A stretch of 64,000 nucleotides of DNA from positions 122,946,001-123,010,000 of the forward strand of contig OZ024741.1 of assembly GCA_964016885.1 (NCBI GenBank). The letters are read 5' to 3'. Of the stretch, positions 1-13,137 are shown in pieces. Every line of letters begins with the position of its first letter. The first letter of the stretch is position 1. The notes beneath the pieces were generated by a model that worked only from the letters and a program-made list of their open reading frames with translations, had not been told where the DNA came from and ran no database searches. Origin of the DNA: Eledone cirrhosa (lineage: Eukaryota). Position numbers and translations under genes: made by a program.

Positions 1-628
1 TTAGTTTACCCAGGTCCGATTTTGATGGTGCAATCAATCTGACTGGCAGGTCATTTTCAAAATTACTTTTGTGATCTTTCATATTGATCTTCGGTTTCCT
101 GGGCACGAAAGGTTGTGTTCTGTTCTCAATTTCCAACTCATGCATTATACAAGATGCCTCAACATTCATTTTCTCAAGCTCGGCCTTATCTGCTACCTTG
201 TACTTTTTCCTCAGTTCTTTCAGTATTAGGCCATTATACATGTCTTTTTGCACTCCATAGAGGTTGTTGGTCTTGTCAGATTTCACCAAGATCTTCTCAG
301 TTTTCTCTAAGCTCTCAATATTATCCTTAATGCCTTTCAGATATTCCTGGCCTTTGAAGTTTCTCTTGAATTTGACTCCTTGTATGATAGAAATTATATC
401 GTTTTCAAAGTCAAATAAAAGTTTGTTGGGGGGTGGATTTCTTTTAGATTTGAAAACTTTGTCTAAGTCCGAGACATTTTCATTTATATTAGATTTATCA
501 AAGTGGAATGCCCGCCACCTGATTCTCCTTATAAAAGAGTCAGATTTATCTATTAATTGTTTAATAAAGTCTTTGTTTCTAGGTAGAGGTATGTCTTTTA
601 AAGAGGAAGAAATCTTAAAGAATTCCAT
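1..628 (-). CDS. Penelope-like element (Naiad-type) RT polyprotein, N-terminal ~209 codons, open to the window edge
   Basis: Manual translation from ATG at 628: MEFFKISSSFKDIPLPRNKDFIKQLIDKSDSFIRRIRWRAFHF...FENDIISII...VKSDKTNNLY...MKDHKSNFENDLPVRLIAPSKSDLGKL, no stop seen. Homologous to ORF 44686..45522 (FENDVLELI, SDKTGNLY, LKDHRSNF..RLIKPTKSNFGRL). Absent from the ORF track because it runs off the edge. Confidence 0.9.
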   Translation of the reverse strand, partial: MEFFKISSSLKDIPLPRNKDFIKQLIDKSDSFIRRIRWRAFHFDKSNINENVSDLDKVFKSKRNPPPNKLLFDFENDIISIIQGVKFKRNFKGQEYLKGIKDNIESLEKTEKILVKSDKTNNLYGVQKDMYNGLILKELRKKYKVADKAELEKMNVEASCIMHELEIENRTQPFVPRKPKINMKDHKSNFENDLPVRLIAPSKSDLGKL

Positions 629-808
629 TTTTTCAGTTATAATATAAAGCGCTCAACAGTATTGGAGCAAGATATATGCAAAGTTTTATTTAAATTGTTG
701 GGTTAACAACGAGTAAATATTTATAACTGATATAAAAGCACTCAACTAGTATTTGGAGTATATTTACGATATTAAATAAATGGAAACTATATTTATAAAA
801 CCATATTT

Positions 809-872
809 ATTTCATTATATATATTTCAGGGATATCATATTAAAAATATGTTATGCCTTCTTCAGACAAAAT
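809..872 (-). ncRNA. Type-I hammerhead ribozyme candidate in the PLE pLTR, sense to the ORF
   Basis: Minus strand: ATTTTGT-CTGAAGA-AGG(cataacatatttttaatatgatatc)CCT-GAAA-TATATA-TA-ATGAAAT. Stem I has G-U pairs, stem II is extended, stem III is palindromic. Confidence 0.6.
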
Positions 873-2072
873 ACAATATAAACAGTCTTATAAATAGATA
901 GATTCGACATACCTTTCAACTTCGACTTCTATTTGAAAAGTTGATTTGGTAGTGAAAAAATATTAGGGACAGTTATAAGAAGAAAGAAAGAAAAACGAAG
1001 AAAAAGAAGAAATGCATGCAACTAAATAGAGAGAGATAGATATAGAGAGATAGATAGAGAGAAGAAATTCATGTAAAGAAACAGAGAGAGATATATAGAG
1101 AGAGGAAAAAACACAGAGGGAGATAGATAGAGAGAGAGAGAGAGAGAAGAGAGGAGAGAGAGAGAGAGAGAGAGAAAATATAGAGAGATAGATATAGATA
1201 GAGATAGAGAGAAAGAAACTAGGTAGTTGGGCACCAGTTGAATGACGTATCAATGTTATATTTATTTATTTATTTATTTATTTAGCTCTAGTATTAATGT
1301 AGAGAGAGATATATGTGGTTAAGAGAGAAAACAGCCGTTACATAGAGACAAAAAAAATATCCAGATAAAAATGAGGCAGATTTAAAACACTATGTTTCAT
1401 CAATGTAAAAAATATCAATTCGTATAAAACAGGCATTATAATGTAAATATCAGTATTCATGAATGAGACACGTATCAATAATGTGTGAAAAATAATGATC
1501 ATATGTCTAGTTTAAAATTCCTAGGTTTATATTAGAGGTGAGTTAAATAGAAGGTTATCCCAGATTTTATACTATATACATCCATGTGAATTTACGTGAT
1601 CAGCTCTGCAAATTCCTATTTCACACGAAAACATTCTCATTGTGCTATAAAAATTTAAGTATACATATATGTGTACATACACACAAATATATATAGAGTC
1701 TACATTAATTTTAACAATACTATTCATGTCTTTACTCTACATGATTATCGTTCAAGCATAAATAGAGAACAGATATCAATATATCAATAAAAATATCAGA
1801 AACAAAAAGTAAATAAAAAACAAAAAATCAAAAAAATATTAAAAATAAAAATATTAAAAATATTAAAAATATTAAAATTAAAATAAAACATAGTATGCCC
1901 CGCAAATCAACCACAGAGATCAACCCTTCAAAGTTAATTGACAATATATTGCCAAGTTCATTATAAGCATCAGAATCAAAAGCAAACAAAACCAAAAATT
2001 ATTTACCAAATCCTGTCTAGCAGAAAACATTCCAAAAGTTTAGGATACCCATTTGATCTACAGATGGTCTTA

Positions 2073-3580
2073 TCTATATATATAAAACTGTGGTTGTCTG
2101 TCTGTCTATCGATTTTTGGCACACATCTCCTCTTAGAATCTCTGACGGAATTGCACCGAAATTGCTATACTTGTACATTGAGCCCTAGCGAAGACATCGG
2201 AAAAAAAAATTTGAAATTGACCCACCCTATGTGACGAAATCGAATATAATGTATCGATTTTTGAGCGTAAGTTATCAGTTATTTCCCTTTGTTCTGTTTA
2301 CATTGAGCGTCTTACTTAAAAAATTACGCTGGCTTTAACAGTTGTCGAGCCAGCAAAATATTGACCTGCAAAATTCATCAGTTCGAACACTAAGCTTCCG
2401 TTTTGCTTCATTTCCATTTAAAAGCCTTTTAAAACAATATTTTTACTTGAAAACAAGTCTATTTAAAGACTACGTAAAACAAGCAAATATTTCGTCGTTA
2501 GGCGTGCAGACAGACAGTCGTGCAGAGAGGTGATATACGCGTGCAGACAGACAGCCGTGCAGAGAGGTGATATAGGCGTGCAGACAGTCAGTCGTGCAGA
2601 GAGGTGATATAGGCGTGCAGACAGACAGTCGTGCAGAGAGGTGATATAGGCGTGCAGACAGACATAACTGATAATTTGGTTACGCTAATGTTTTTCTCTG
2701 CGTTGCAGTGTTTACATTTTCGATCTTTGTTAATAAATAACCAGTGCAGTTTCTATCCCCAGCATCCTCTTTTGTTATAACATTCGGGTTATCGTTATGT
2801 TTTCTTAACTTCATAAGGCATATTGTTGATTGAGGGAATATTAATCAAAAACACCACATGCAAGTCTGCACAGTAGACACTACAGTTTTTAAACCAAGAA
2901 AGAAACTTAACATTGTAACTTTAACACAGCTTCATCAGTTCGAACACTAAGCTTCCGTTTTGCTTCATTTCCATTTAAAAGCCTTTTAAAACAATATTTT
3001 TACTTGAAAACAAGTCTATTTAAAGACTACGTAAAACAAGCAAATATTTCGTAAAAAAAAGCAAAAATTATATAAGTTTATTTAAAATATATGTATCTGT
3101 AAATTTCGTTAGGCGTGCAGACAGACAGTCGTGCAGAGAGGTGATATACGCGTGCAGACAGACAGCCGTGCAGAGAGGTGATATAGGCGTGCAGACAGTC
3201 AGTCGTGCAGAGAGGTGATATAGGCGTGCAGACAGACAGTCGTGCAGAGAGGTGATATAGGCGTGCAGACAGACATAACTGATAATTTGGTTACGCTAAT
3301 GTTTTTCTCTGCGTTGCAGTGTTTACATTTTCGATCGTTGTTAATAAATAACCAGTGCAGTTTTTATCCCCAGCATCCTCTTTTGTTATAACATTCGGGT
3401 TATCGTTATGTTTTCTTAACTTCATAAGGCATATTGTTGGTTGAGGGAATATTAATCAAAAACACCACATGCAAGTCTGCACAGTAGACACTACAGTTTT
3501 TAAGCCAAAAAAGAAACTTAACATTGTAACTTTAACACAGCTACTGAGCGACCCCGAGCAACGCCGGGCTTGACTGCTAG
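2073..3580 (+). mobile_element. Non-autonomous Helitron with internal ~0.56-0.6-kb tandem duplication and 37-bp minisatellite
   Basis: 5' TCTATATATATAAAA..GTCTGTCTGTCT; 3' hairpin CCCG-agcaacgc-CGGG then CTAG; inserted between A(2072) and T(3581), no TSD. Confidence 0.8.
2500..2665 (+). repeat. 37-bp tandem repeat (GGCGTGCAGACAGACAGTCGTGCAGAGAGGTGATATA x~4.4), repeated at 3111-3275
   Basis: Direct reading of the units. Confidence 0.9.
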
Positions 3581-4612
3581 TATTTAATATAGAAGTTTAT
3601 CTAGTGTAAAATTTATTCGATATATTTGGAGCATCAGCTTTTAGGATAGTTTAATTATTCATGAAGAATGTTTATTTACTTTTTGTTTCTGATATTTTTA
3701 TTGATATATTGATATCTGTTCTCTATTTATGCTTGAACGATAATCATGTAGAGTAAAGACATGAATAGTATTGTTAAAATTAATGTAGACTCTATATATA
3801 TTTGTGTGTATGTACACATATATGTATACTTAAATTTTTATAGCACAATGAGAATGTTTTCGTGTGAAATAGGAATTTGCAGAGCTGATCACGTAAATTC
3901 ACATGGATGTATATAGTATAAAATCTGGGATAACCTTCTATTTAACTCAACTCTAATATAAACCTAGGAATTTTAAACTAGACATATGATCATTATTTTT
4001 CACACATTATTGATACGTGTCTCATTCATGAATACTGATATTTACATTATAATGCCTGTTTTATACGAATTGATATTTTTTACATTGATGAAACATAGTG
4101 TTTTAAATCTGCCTCATTTTTGTCTGGATATTTTTCTTTTCTCTCTATGTAACGGCTGTTTTCTCTCTTAACCACTTATATCTCCCTCTTCATTAATACT
4201 AGAGCTAAATAAATAAATAAATAAATAAATATAACATTGATACGTCATTCAACTGGTGCCCAACTACCTAGTTTCTTTCTCTCTATCTCTATCTATATAT
4301 ATCTCTCTATATTTTCTCTCTCTCTCTCTCTCCTCTCTTCTCTCTCTCTCTCTCTATCTATCTCCCTCTGTGTTTTTTTCCTCTCTCTATATATCTCTCT
4401 CTGTTTCTTTACATGAATTTCTTCTCTCTATCTATCTCTCTATATCTATCTCTCTCTATTTAGTTGCATGCATTTCTTCCTTTTCTTCGTTTTTCTTTCT
4501 TTCTTCTTATAACTGTCCCTAATATTTTTTCACTACCAAATCAACTTTTCAAATAGAAGTCGAAGTTGAAAGGTATGTCGAATCTATCTATTTATAAGAC
4601 TGTTTATATTGT

Positions 4613-4676
4613 ATTTTGTCTGAAGAAGGCATAACATATTTTTAATATGATATCCCTGAAATATATATAATGAAAT
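4613..4676 (+). ncRNA. Hammerhead ribozyme candidate (mirror copy of 809-872)
   Basis: CTGAAGA at 4620-4626, GAAA at 4658-4661. Confidence 0.6.
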
Positions 4677-4853
4677 AAATATGGTTTTATAAATATAGTT
4701 TCCATTTATTTAATATCGTAAATATACTCCAAATACTTGTTGAGTGCTTTTATATCAGTTATAAATATTTACTCGTTGTTAACCCAACAATTTAAATAAA
4801 ACTTTGCATATATATATATATATATATACATACTCTCTCTATATATATACATA

Positions 4854-4888
<35 letters not shown>

Positions 4889-4907
4889 CTATATATATTT
4901 ACATACC

Positions 4908-4949
<42 letters not shown>

Positions 4950-4975
4950 TATGTGTATATATATATATATATTTG

Positions 4976-5023
<48 letters not shown>

Positions 5024-5084
5024 GGTATGTATATATATATATATAGTATGTATATATATATGTATATATAGTATGTATATATAG

Positions 5085-5880
5085 TATGCTCAGGTCACCA
5101 GTTGGTGCTACTGGTAACAAGTATCCCAGTACAACCTGTCTCATGGTCGGGTCGTTGGCGACTAAACTGGCAACCCCACCAAGGTTTCTTGGTGAGGAGG
5201 GTGACTTTGGACATCCTGCAGGACTAAAAACAAAACCTGTCAAAGGGCAAAGGAACTCTTAAGAGTCAATGGCCATCCAAAATCACCGGGAGAGATGACC
5301 CCTTAGCCTTTGTCAAGGCAGAATTCTAGGAGAAGGAAAACTCTGATATAACACCTGCAACCTTGATGGTATCCAATGATGTTGACTTGTTCTTCTGTCT
5401 GGTAAATATATGGTTAAGAGAGTGGGACTGGCTTTGTGCAGTGCCTTTGCTCGCTATAAAAGCTTTACGGCACAGGCATTGCTTTATATCTGGAGATCTC
5501 TCCTACATGGATATAAAGTAGTGGCCGTACTCGAAAACGAGTTGGCAGCTACCATGTATGTATGTATGTTAAACCGATGGGAGTGCAGGACCCCTAGCCT
5601 TTGTCAGGGCATTCATCTAGGAGAAGGCAACTCAGGAAACTGGGTTAACTCCAATATAAAACCTGCGGCTCAGTAGTTACCGATGATGTTGATCTTTTCT
5701 TCTTTTCGGGTTATAGCTACTGTTGCTCAGAGAGTGGGATTGGTTCAGTGCATAGTCTTACCTCACTTTAAAAATAATCTTCACGCACAGGCAATGCACG
5801 ATAGCATTAATTGATAATTATTAATAATGTTTTATCGTGCAATGGCCATACTCGATAACGAGAGGGCAGCCATCATGTAT
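5085..5880 (+). repeat. Interspersed repeat resembling a LINE (RTE-like) 5' UTR, internally duplicated; related copy at ~39880-40250
   Basis: Shared blocks CCCAGTAC..CCTGT..ATGGTCG, GGTGAGGAGGGT, AAAACCTGTCAAA, CTCTGATATAA. The CCCTAGCCTTTGTCA..CTAGGAGAAGG block occurs at ~5300 and ~5590. Confidence 0.45.
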
Positions 5881-5970
5881 GTCCTTCTGGTTTCATTATT
5901 TCATAAATCTTTACCAAAAGTGAGATTGGGAGAGGGAGAGCGAGAGAAAGAGAGAGAGGTGGAGAGTGAG

Positions 5971-6061
<91 letters not shown>

Positions 6062-6189
6062 TGGTTTCTAACACAGTCACAAGGCTCTTCGGAATTTAGA
6101 GAACATCAACTAGGTAAATATGTATGGATGTGTGCAAGCCTGCAGGTATCGATGTTATGGTAAGTGTGGATCTGTATATTGTGAGTCAT

Positions 6190-7197
6190 CTGTGTACATG
6201 TGCATATGTTTTGTATCTATTTCATGCAGAATATTTAGAATGTTTTTCATTTTTACAGTTTCATTAATTGATTGTACTTGTACCTTCCTAACTAGTCGTG
6301 TTCTTTCTGGTTTTGTGAAGCCCAGCTTCTCAAGATTTGGATTGAGGTAGTTACTGACATATCCCAGTCCCAATGATCACAGGTATGTATCTGAAGACAT
6401 AGTCAGAGTAGAAGATCTGCAGATTCCTTATTAATTGTGCATAGATATTCTCCTTTTCGCTAATCTTTAATATTATATTGGCCTTTTCTGGACAGTTGAC
6501 TTCCGCTACTGTGCATACATTCTTTTCCCTGTCTCAAATCATTATATCTGGTTCGTTATGCTGGGATTATATTGGAGTTTCGACTGGAACATTCTAGTAC
6601 CGTCATAATATCTCTGGACAGCTGCTTAAGATATGGGGGACATCTTCAATATTAATTCTCTACAATCTGCATTTGTTGTCTCATCTAGGTGTTTTGCATG
6701 CATCCCTATCTCTTTCGTGAAACAGGCATCTTGTATTGACTTCCTGTTCTTGGATTGCAAAAGCATATCCTTCAAATTGAGAGCCAATATAGCGGTTGTT
6801 GGTCCAAGATAGACTAATATACTTATCTATATTACTATCACTTTGGAGCTTCCTGGCAACTTAACCATGCATGAATTTTTTGCTGATGGGGATGCAGTTT
6901 TTCATCCATGGAATCACTGCGGTATTGCTGGGCAATTTCCCTGGCTATGAGGTTATGATTATCATGCCGAGAATATAGCTCAAGGAGATCCTTCCAATAT
7001 CCGATTATCTTATCAGATAGACTTGCCCAATAGATGGGCTCCTACGTTTGGAGGCTTCTAAATTTTATCGGAGGGATATGACGTGACACTCAAATACTGT
7101 CTGGACTGACATTAGGCCTCTGCCACCCCGCTTACGTTTCAAGTAGAGGTGGTTTATGTCACAGTTGATGTGGAAGATTTGGTGTTTAGGATTTTTC
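6190..7197 (-). pseudogene. R4/Dong-like (RLE-endonuclease) non-LTR retrotransposon 3' fragment, degenerate
   Basis: Minus-strand motifs HINCDINHLYLKRKRGGRGL, FEGYAFAIQEQEVNTR, and the RLE core HNEPDIMI*DREKNVCTVAEVNCP...YIPVIIG; several stops. Confidence 0.75.
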
Positions 7198-7327
7198 ATA
7201 TGTATGTATGTATGTATGTATGTATATATGTATGTATGTATACGTGTATGTATGTGTGTATGTATGTGTGTATGTATACACGTGTAAGTGCACATGTATG
7301 CATGTATGTGTATATATACATGTGTAA

Positions 7328-7369
<42 letters not shown>

Positions 7370-8816
7370 TCTCACATACTCACACAGTGTGTGACTGTGT
7401 GTATGCATGTGTATTCGTACGTCTCTCTTGTAATCACCAGGGTAATCCGCAAAACTCAAAGTAACACGAGAGAGTAGATTAAAGTAGATTTCTTGTAGTT
7501 AGTATTTGTTAGGTGCGTGTAAGAAAAAATTGTAATATAAACCGTAAAAGCTGTTTCGCTAATGCAAACATATACACTAATATATTTCAGAAAAAATTCT
7601 ATGCAGCTTATTATGAAGAATACATATGTATCGCTCTACTTTGCTTCACAAAATCAACATTACATATAGTTTAATGGCAACTCGTTAAAATTTGATAGCG
7701 ATTGAGCTATAAAGAACAAAACGGAGCCTAATGATTACCTCGTAAACGACTCTTCCATTTTAAATTTCAGAAGTTAATTATGATTGAAAATATGTTCATG
7801 ACATAGAAGGAATTTAATCATACAGGGAAATTTAATCATATATGTCAATTAAAAATATAGGGAATACTTTTGAAAATTAAAATTAATCATGGAAGGGGAC
7901 ATTGACATCATATAGGAAATCGCATATTACACAAATAAATATATATATATATATATATTCACTTGAAGAAATTTGGTTGGCTGAAAATCTGCCGACTTTT
8001 TTTCTGAACAGGTGTGAAGCACTCCACGCTGTTTGTTCATCCGGAGTCTTATTATAATAATAACCTAGAAATCTCTATTTGTTTTGTAATAACAACTGAC
8101 GCACGTGTACTCGTCAGACAAATATCCAAACGAGATGTAAAGTTCCATAGATATGTTACCGATCATACGTGTTATCCACTTCTACTAGATTTAAGGTTGT
8201 GCAGCCATCAGCACTAGGTCAAAGGAGTTGATAAAAGATCTAGCACAGCCCTGTCGGAACTGATTTGGCCGCTAGAAAATAAAAAAAATTGGAATACTCC
8301 CTTTCTTGGTCAAAACTCACAAATGCTTTTCCATATATAAATAGATCTATATCTAGTGGGTATAACCTCAGTACTACAGAGACTTTACACATGATAAATA
8401 GTAAGCATAAAATTATTAACAGCCGCTCAGATATTTGTAATTCTTGTTTACACAAAATTAATAAGACATTCCGCACAGTATATAGTTAAAACTTCAGTAA
8501 ATAATGTTAAATAGACCACCAACTAATTAATTAACAATTCATAAATATAGATACATTATCAGCATCAAAGTACAAATATCTAAAAGCAAAATGAATATCT
8601 AAGTAAATAAATTCTAGTCCAGAAATAAACATATACATGAATATATATAAAAAAAATAAATAAATAGACTAATAGTTCCTACATGACTTAATATGAATCA
8701 AGCGACAAATCAGCAACGCCAACTGGAACAAATATCTCCCGCACATATAAGAACTTGTATTTGAGAAGTTCGGACCCATACTTACTGGTCAGCGAAGTGG
8801 ATAACACGTATGACCG

Positions 8817-8870
<54 letters not shown>

Positions 8871-8986
8871 GGAGAGAAGTGGTTACACAACAGTTAGTTC
8901 ACTATACCGAGAACAATTGTTTCACCTTAGCGGATCCTCAATGCGTGTGTATGTGTGTGTGTGTGCTTGAGTATATGCGCATTTAT

Positions 8987-9028
<42 letters not shown>

Positions 9029-9298
9029 GGAAGTTCAGTAAAATCAACGCTCTGGCTGTGGCCAAGCTAACGATATGCAATCAGGAATGTGCAGCAAAGC
9101 ACTCCATAAGGTAGTGTCACCTTAGAGTAATAACATGCGTTTAGAAAGCTTGACAATTTGAAAACTGCGAACGGTGAGCGAGCCAGCCACAAGGACCAAA
9201 GCAACGAGAAAACCAATTCAGGATAATTTGACAAACCTATGTGTAATCTCCTTATAATATATAACCAGCAACTTCTCTGTCTGTCTGTCCGACAGTGG

Positions 9299-9530
9299 AA
9301 ACACGTGCGCGCATGCGAATGTTTTTTGCGCATGCGTAGAGAGAGAGTGAGAGTGAAAGAAAGAGACAGACTACGAGAGGGGGATAGCGGGAGGGAGAGA
9401 GGGAGTGAGAGAGAGTGAATAGACGCTAAAACACGTGCGCGCGTGCGAATGTTTTTTACGCACGCGTAGAGAGAGAGTGAGAGTGAAAGAAAGAGACAGA
9501 CTACAAGAAGGGGATAGCGGGAGGGAGAGA
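9299..9530 (+). repeat. ~130-bp tandem duplication
   Basis: AAACACGTGCGCGC.TGCGAATGTTTTTT...GGGATAGCGGGAGGGAGAGA at ~9299 and ~9429. Confidence 0.85.
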
Positions 9531-9549
9531 GGGGGGAATTGAGGAGTGC

Positions 9550-9583
9550 TACAGAAACATATATACATTTCTGTGTGTGTGTA

Positions 9584-9616
<33 letters not shown>

Positions 9617-9870
9617 GAAATATATATATATATACACACAGAAATATATATACATTTCTGTGTGTGTAATATACATATATACACACAGAAATATATATAT
9701 ACATTTCTGTGTGTGTAATATATATATACACACAGAAATATATATACATTTCTGTGTGTGTAATATATATATATACACACAGAAATATATATACATGTCT
9801 GTGTGTGTAATATATATATATATACACACAGAAATATATATACATTTCTGTGTGTGTAATATATATATAT
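9550..9870. repeat. ~40-45-bp minisatellite whose units are each palindromic (ACACACAGAAAT..ATTTCTGTGTGT)
   Basis: About 7 units with variable (TA)n spacers. Confidence 0.85.
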
Positions 9871-9908
9871 ACTAGCAGAAAACCACCCGGTGGGTGGTTT
9901 TCTGCTAG

Positions 9909-10855
9909 TCTATATATATATATAAAACTGAGGATGTCTGTCTGCGTGTGTGTGAGTTTGAATCCCTAAAACTCGAGAACCACCTAACCGACTCTTTTCA
10001 AACTTTAGACATATAATACTTATGTTTCAGGGAGTGTTCTGAGCTAAATCAATTTCAAATTTTCAATACCCTAGTGACCGCATTAGGCGATTTAGCGATC
10101 TCTCTCTATAATTCTTTGTCTTTCTCTTTTTAGATAGATACATACATATAACGTCGCGCCCTTATAATATCTGTCTGCATGTCTGACTGTCTGCATTACG
10201 TCACTTCCCTGAGGATGTCTGTGTGTGTGTGTGTGTGTCTGTGTGTGTGTCTGTGAGTTTGAATCCCTAAAACTCGAGAAGTACCCAACGGACTTTTTTC
10301 AAATTTTACATGTGTATTACTTATGTTTCAGGGAGTGTTATGCACATAAAAAAATCCAACTTGTTGATCCCCTAGGGCCTGCATTAGTTGAAAAACTGCA
10401 TTTTTTCAGGTTTTTATGGTTTTTTGGAGTCTTTACGTCAGACTGATTTCCTTGAAATTGTAACTACGTATTAGTCAGTCTCTTCTTCATACGGTGAGCC
10501 AAGAAAAACCCACTTTCTTTTATGGTCTAGGGCCCGCATTAGGTAAAAAACTTCATTTTTTTCAGCTTTCTAAGGCTTTCTTGAGGCATTACGTCTAGCC
10601 GATTTTCCCGAAATGTAAGGCATATTATGCACATAAAAAAAAATTCATTTTCTTGATTCCCTAGGGTCCGCATTAGGTGAAAACATGCATTTTCCTGCTT
10701 CATCGAGGAAAATCTTAAAGATCATCCAGCCGTCAGAATATTCGGTTTATTTTCTTTACATATTGTCGACCCATGCAGTTTTTCCACGATTAGGTCTGTT
10801 GGCAGCCCGCGTTCCAAAATACCTTATCCCGTGCAACGCCGGGTACCACTGCTAG
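9909..10855 (+). mobile_element. Non-autonomous Helitron, family B
   Basis: 5' TCTATATATATATATAAAACTGAGGATGTCTGTCTG; 3' CCCGTGCAACGCCGGG hairpin + CTAG followed by T; homologous to 48994-49898. Confidence 0.8.
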
Positions 10856-10959
10856 TACTAAATATTATCCAATTACATTATATTCTAGGATTTATAGGAA
10901 TAATAATAGTAATTATAGCACTCATATATCTAATAAATCTTCACATCTTTATCCCCAAA

Positions 10960-11350
10960 ACCGCTTAATCAATAGCTATAATGGAAACTGCCTCGTTAAG
11001 AATATTATTTATTCCTGCACTGTCATAACTTCTACAAACTCCAAAACCTATATCCATTCTACATCGAATAGTTTCAAGACGAGGTATAATTCCTATCTTC
11101 ATACTTTTAAGAACTCCAAGCTTAAGCATGCAACCTCGATATCTAATTTGGTATCCTTTCTGAAGAGTAATAATACACTTTAAACCCAGGGCTGGAATGT
11201 GATTGAAAAACTTCTTATAAATCTCCCAATAAATTCTGTAATCTTTGCCTTCTTGAGTCCCATACTATTATTTAGTCTAAATTAAATGTATTAAATAGCA
11301 AGCCTGATATTTCTTTTACTTGTCCGCATATTAATCACCATTCATTTTAA
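10960..11350 (+). pseudogene. Degenerate Naiad-type PLE GIY-YIG endonuclease fragment
   Basis: NGNCLVKNIIYSCTV..KTYIHSTSNSFKTRYNSYLHTFKN..W..FCNLCLLE..LNSK..TCPH, with stops and a frameshift; homologous to 37561-38064. Confidence 0.75.
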
Positions 11351-11774
11351 ACCGAGTAACTAACTTATACCAATGCAGATTTATTTACATAGATATTTGT
11401 TTAGTAATATTAGTATCATAACATGCTTATAGCATCCCTATTCTGATTCCTTCTATTTTGATTATAATTTATATAATTTATTATAACCACCCCATTACAT
11501 TTAGGCATCTAATTATTTTATTATATTATTATATTACTTTACTTTATTATCTCTAATAAACCAACCTTGATCTGAATTTACTTTTACTAATATTATATTA
11601 TTATATATTAGCCATTGCCCCAATCTTGATTTTTTTCAGTAGCGTACCTTCAATACTTACATAATTTATTAAACTTTTAATTAATTAGTATAATTCTTTA
11701 TCTTTACATAATTATTTATTTTTAGATAATTTTTTGACTTTTTTATCCTTTTTTAATTCTTTTTTATTATTTAG

Positions 11775-11897
<123 letters not shown>

Positions 11898-12829
11898 AAT
11901 AATATAGAGCATTTTACTATACATTGATAAATTATTTAATTAGTATTTTCTAATATATTATTTTTTTAAATTATTGTTAAATATTTTTTAAAATAATTCT
12001 TTAGTTCTATAATCATTAACCCTAATAATGTCTTTATGTTATTACACCTTGACTTACTAAATAAATATTTACTTTACATTTAATAATATGTAACTCTCCT
12101 TTAAAAAAATGTTTATGAATTAACTCCCTTTTATTCTTATTTTTCCATCAACCGTTAACTTCGATGATTTTCGAAACTCTATCGCAAGATGGAGTTGTTT
12201 ATGCTTAGTATATACGACTTTCTCCCTCCTATTCAAATATGTGGTGCTTTTTCAGATAATAGCAATTATTCTATACTGGATTTTACTTGGCTGATTATAT
12301 TTACTCAACATTAATTCCTTTTAATAGTTTCATTAATAATAATAACAGTTTAACCTATATGTGATGTTTATTTTGCTGACAACACTCATCCGACATTATT
12401 ACATTTGGAAAATAATAGTTTATTTTTATCATTATGACTGAAAGACGCAGTCGAACTTTTTATTAAAATATATTTTGGAGATGTATTTTTATATTCTTAA
12501 ATTTATATTGGATCTATGCACCTGCTTTTATAAACGTTTGTAATGTTTATGATATATGTTTATTTAGTAATTATGATATATGCATTGCACCATGCATCAC
12601 TTCTTTATAGCAGCATATTTCTCTGCACCAGCATGTTTTTAAAATTTGTAATGGTTTTAAGCTGCAACTAGTTTCATTTTTTGCATTTATATGCTCGGGT
12701 TTTTCATATGCTTCTTCTACCTTTGCTATCTTCTCTTATATTAATGTTATTACTTATACTTACTTCCCATATTGTGTATCCTCAAAATGTTCTTTGACAA
12801 GTTTATTTGTATTTTAACCTTTACTATAT

Positions 12830-13137
12830 ACTCCGATGATTTAGGCCGATGGTTCTGTCGTAGGACAGGACAAAGGAGAGGCACAAAACAAAGAAAAGAA
12901 TCCCCAGTCACTGAAGAGGTCACACAATGTGTGACGAAAGAATTTGACAATATATGAACAACCGTCCGGTTGTGGAACCAACCAACCGGAAATTTATAAT
13001 TTAATTTATAATAAATTGGAGTGAAAGCAGATGGTGCGTGTGTTTCGTATTGGCAACATGACCCTCCCAAAGTATAACAATATCGGTTTCAACACACGTT
13101 TTCAGATAAAGAATCTTGCTAAACAAATTCAGAAACG

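Larger units (their letters stand above)
672..4812. repeat. ~1.14-kb inverted repeat (arms 672-1817 and 3671-4812): direct and inverted pseudo-LTR of the PLE at 1-628
   Basis: Arms are reverse complements with few substitutions; ORFs 963..1253(-) and 4256..4522(+) mirror each other. The right arm ends in a (TA)n tract. Confidence 0.9.

Noticed and set aside
2500-3275. 37-bp repeat array as CRISPR
   Set aside because: The units are contiguous with no unique spacers, there are no cas genes, and the context is a eukaryotic Helitron interior.
8160-8272. Minus-strand coding exon with good splice signals
   Set aside because: Stop codons in all three frames.
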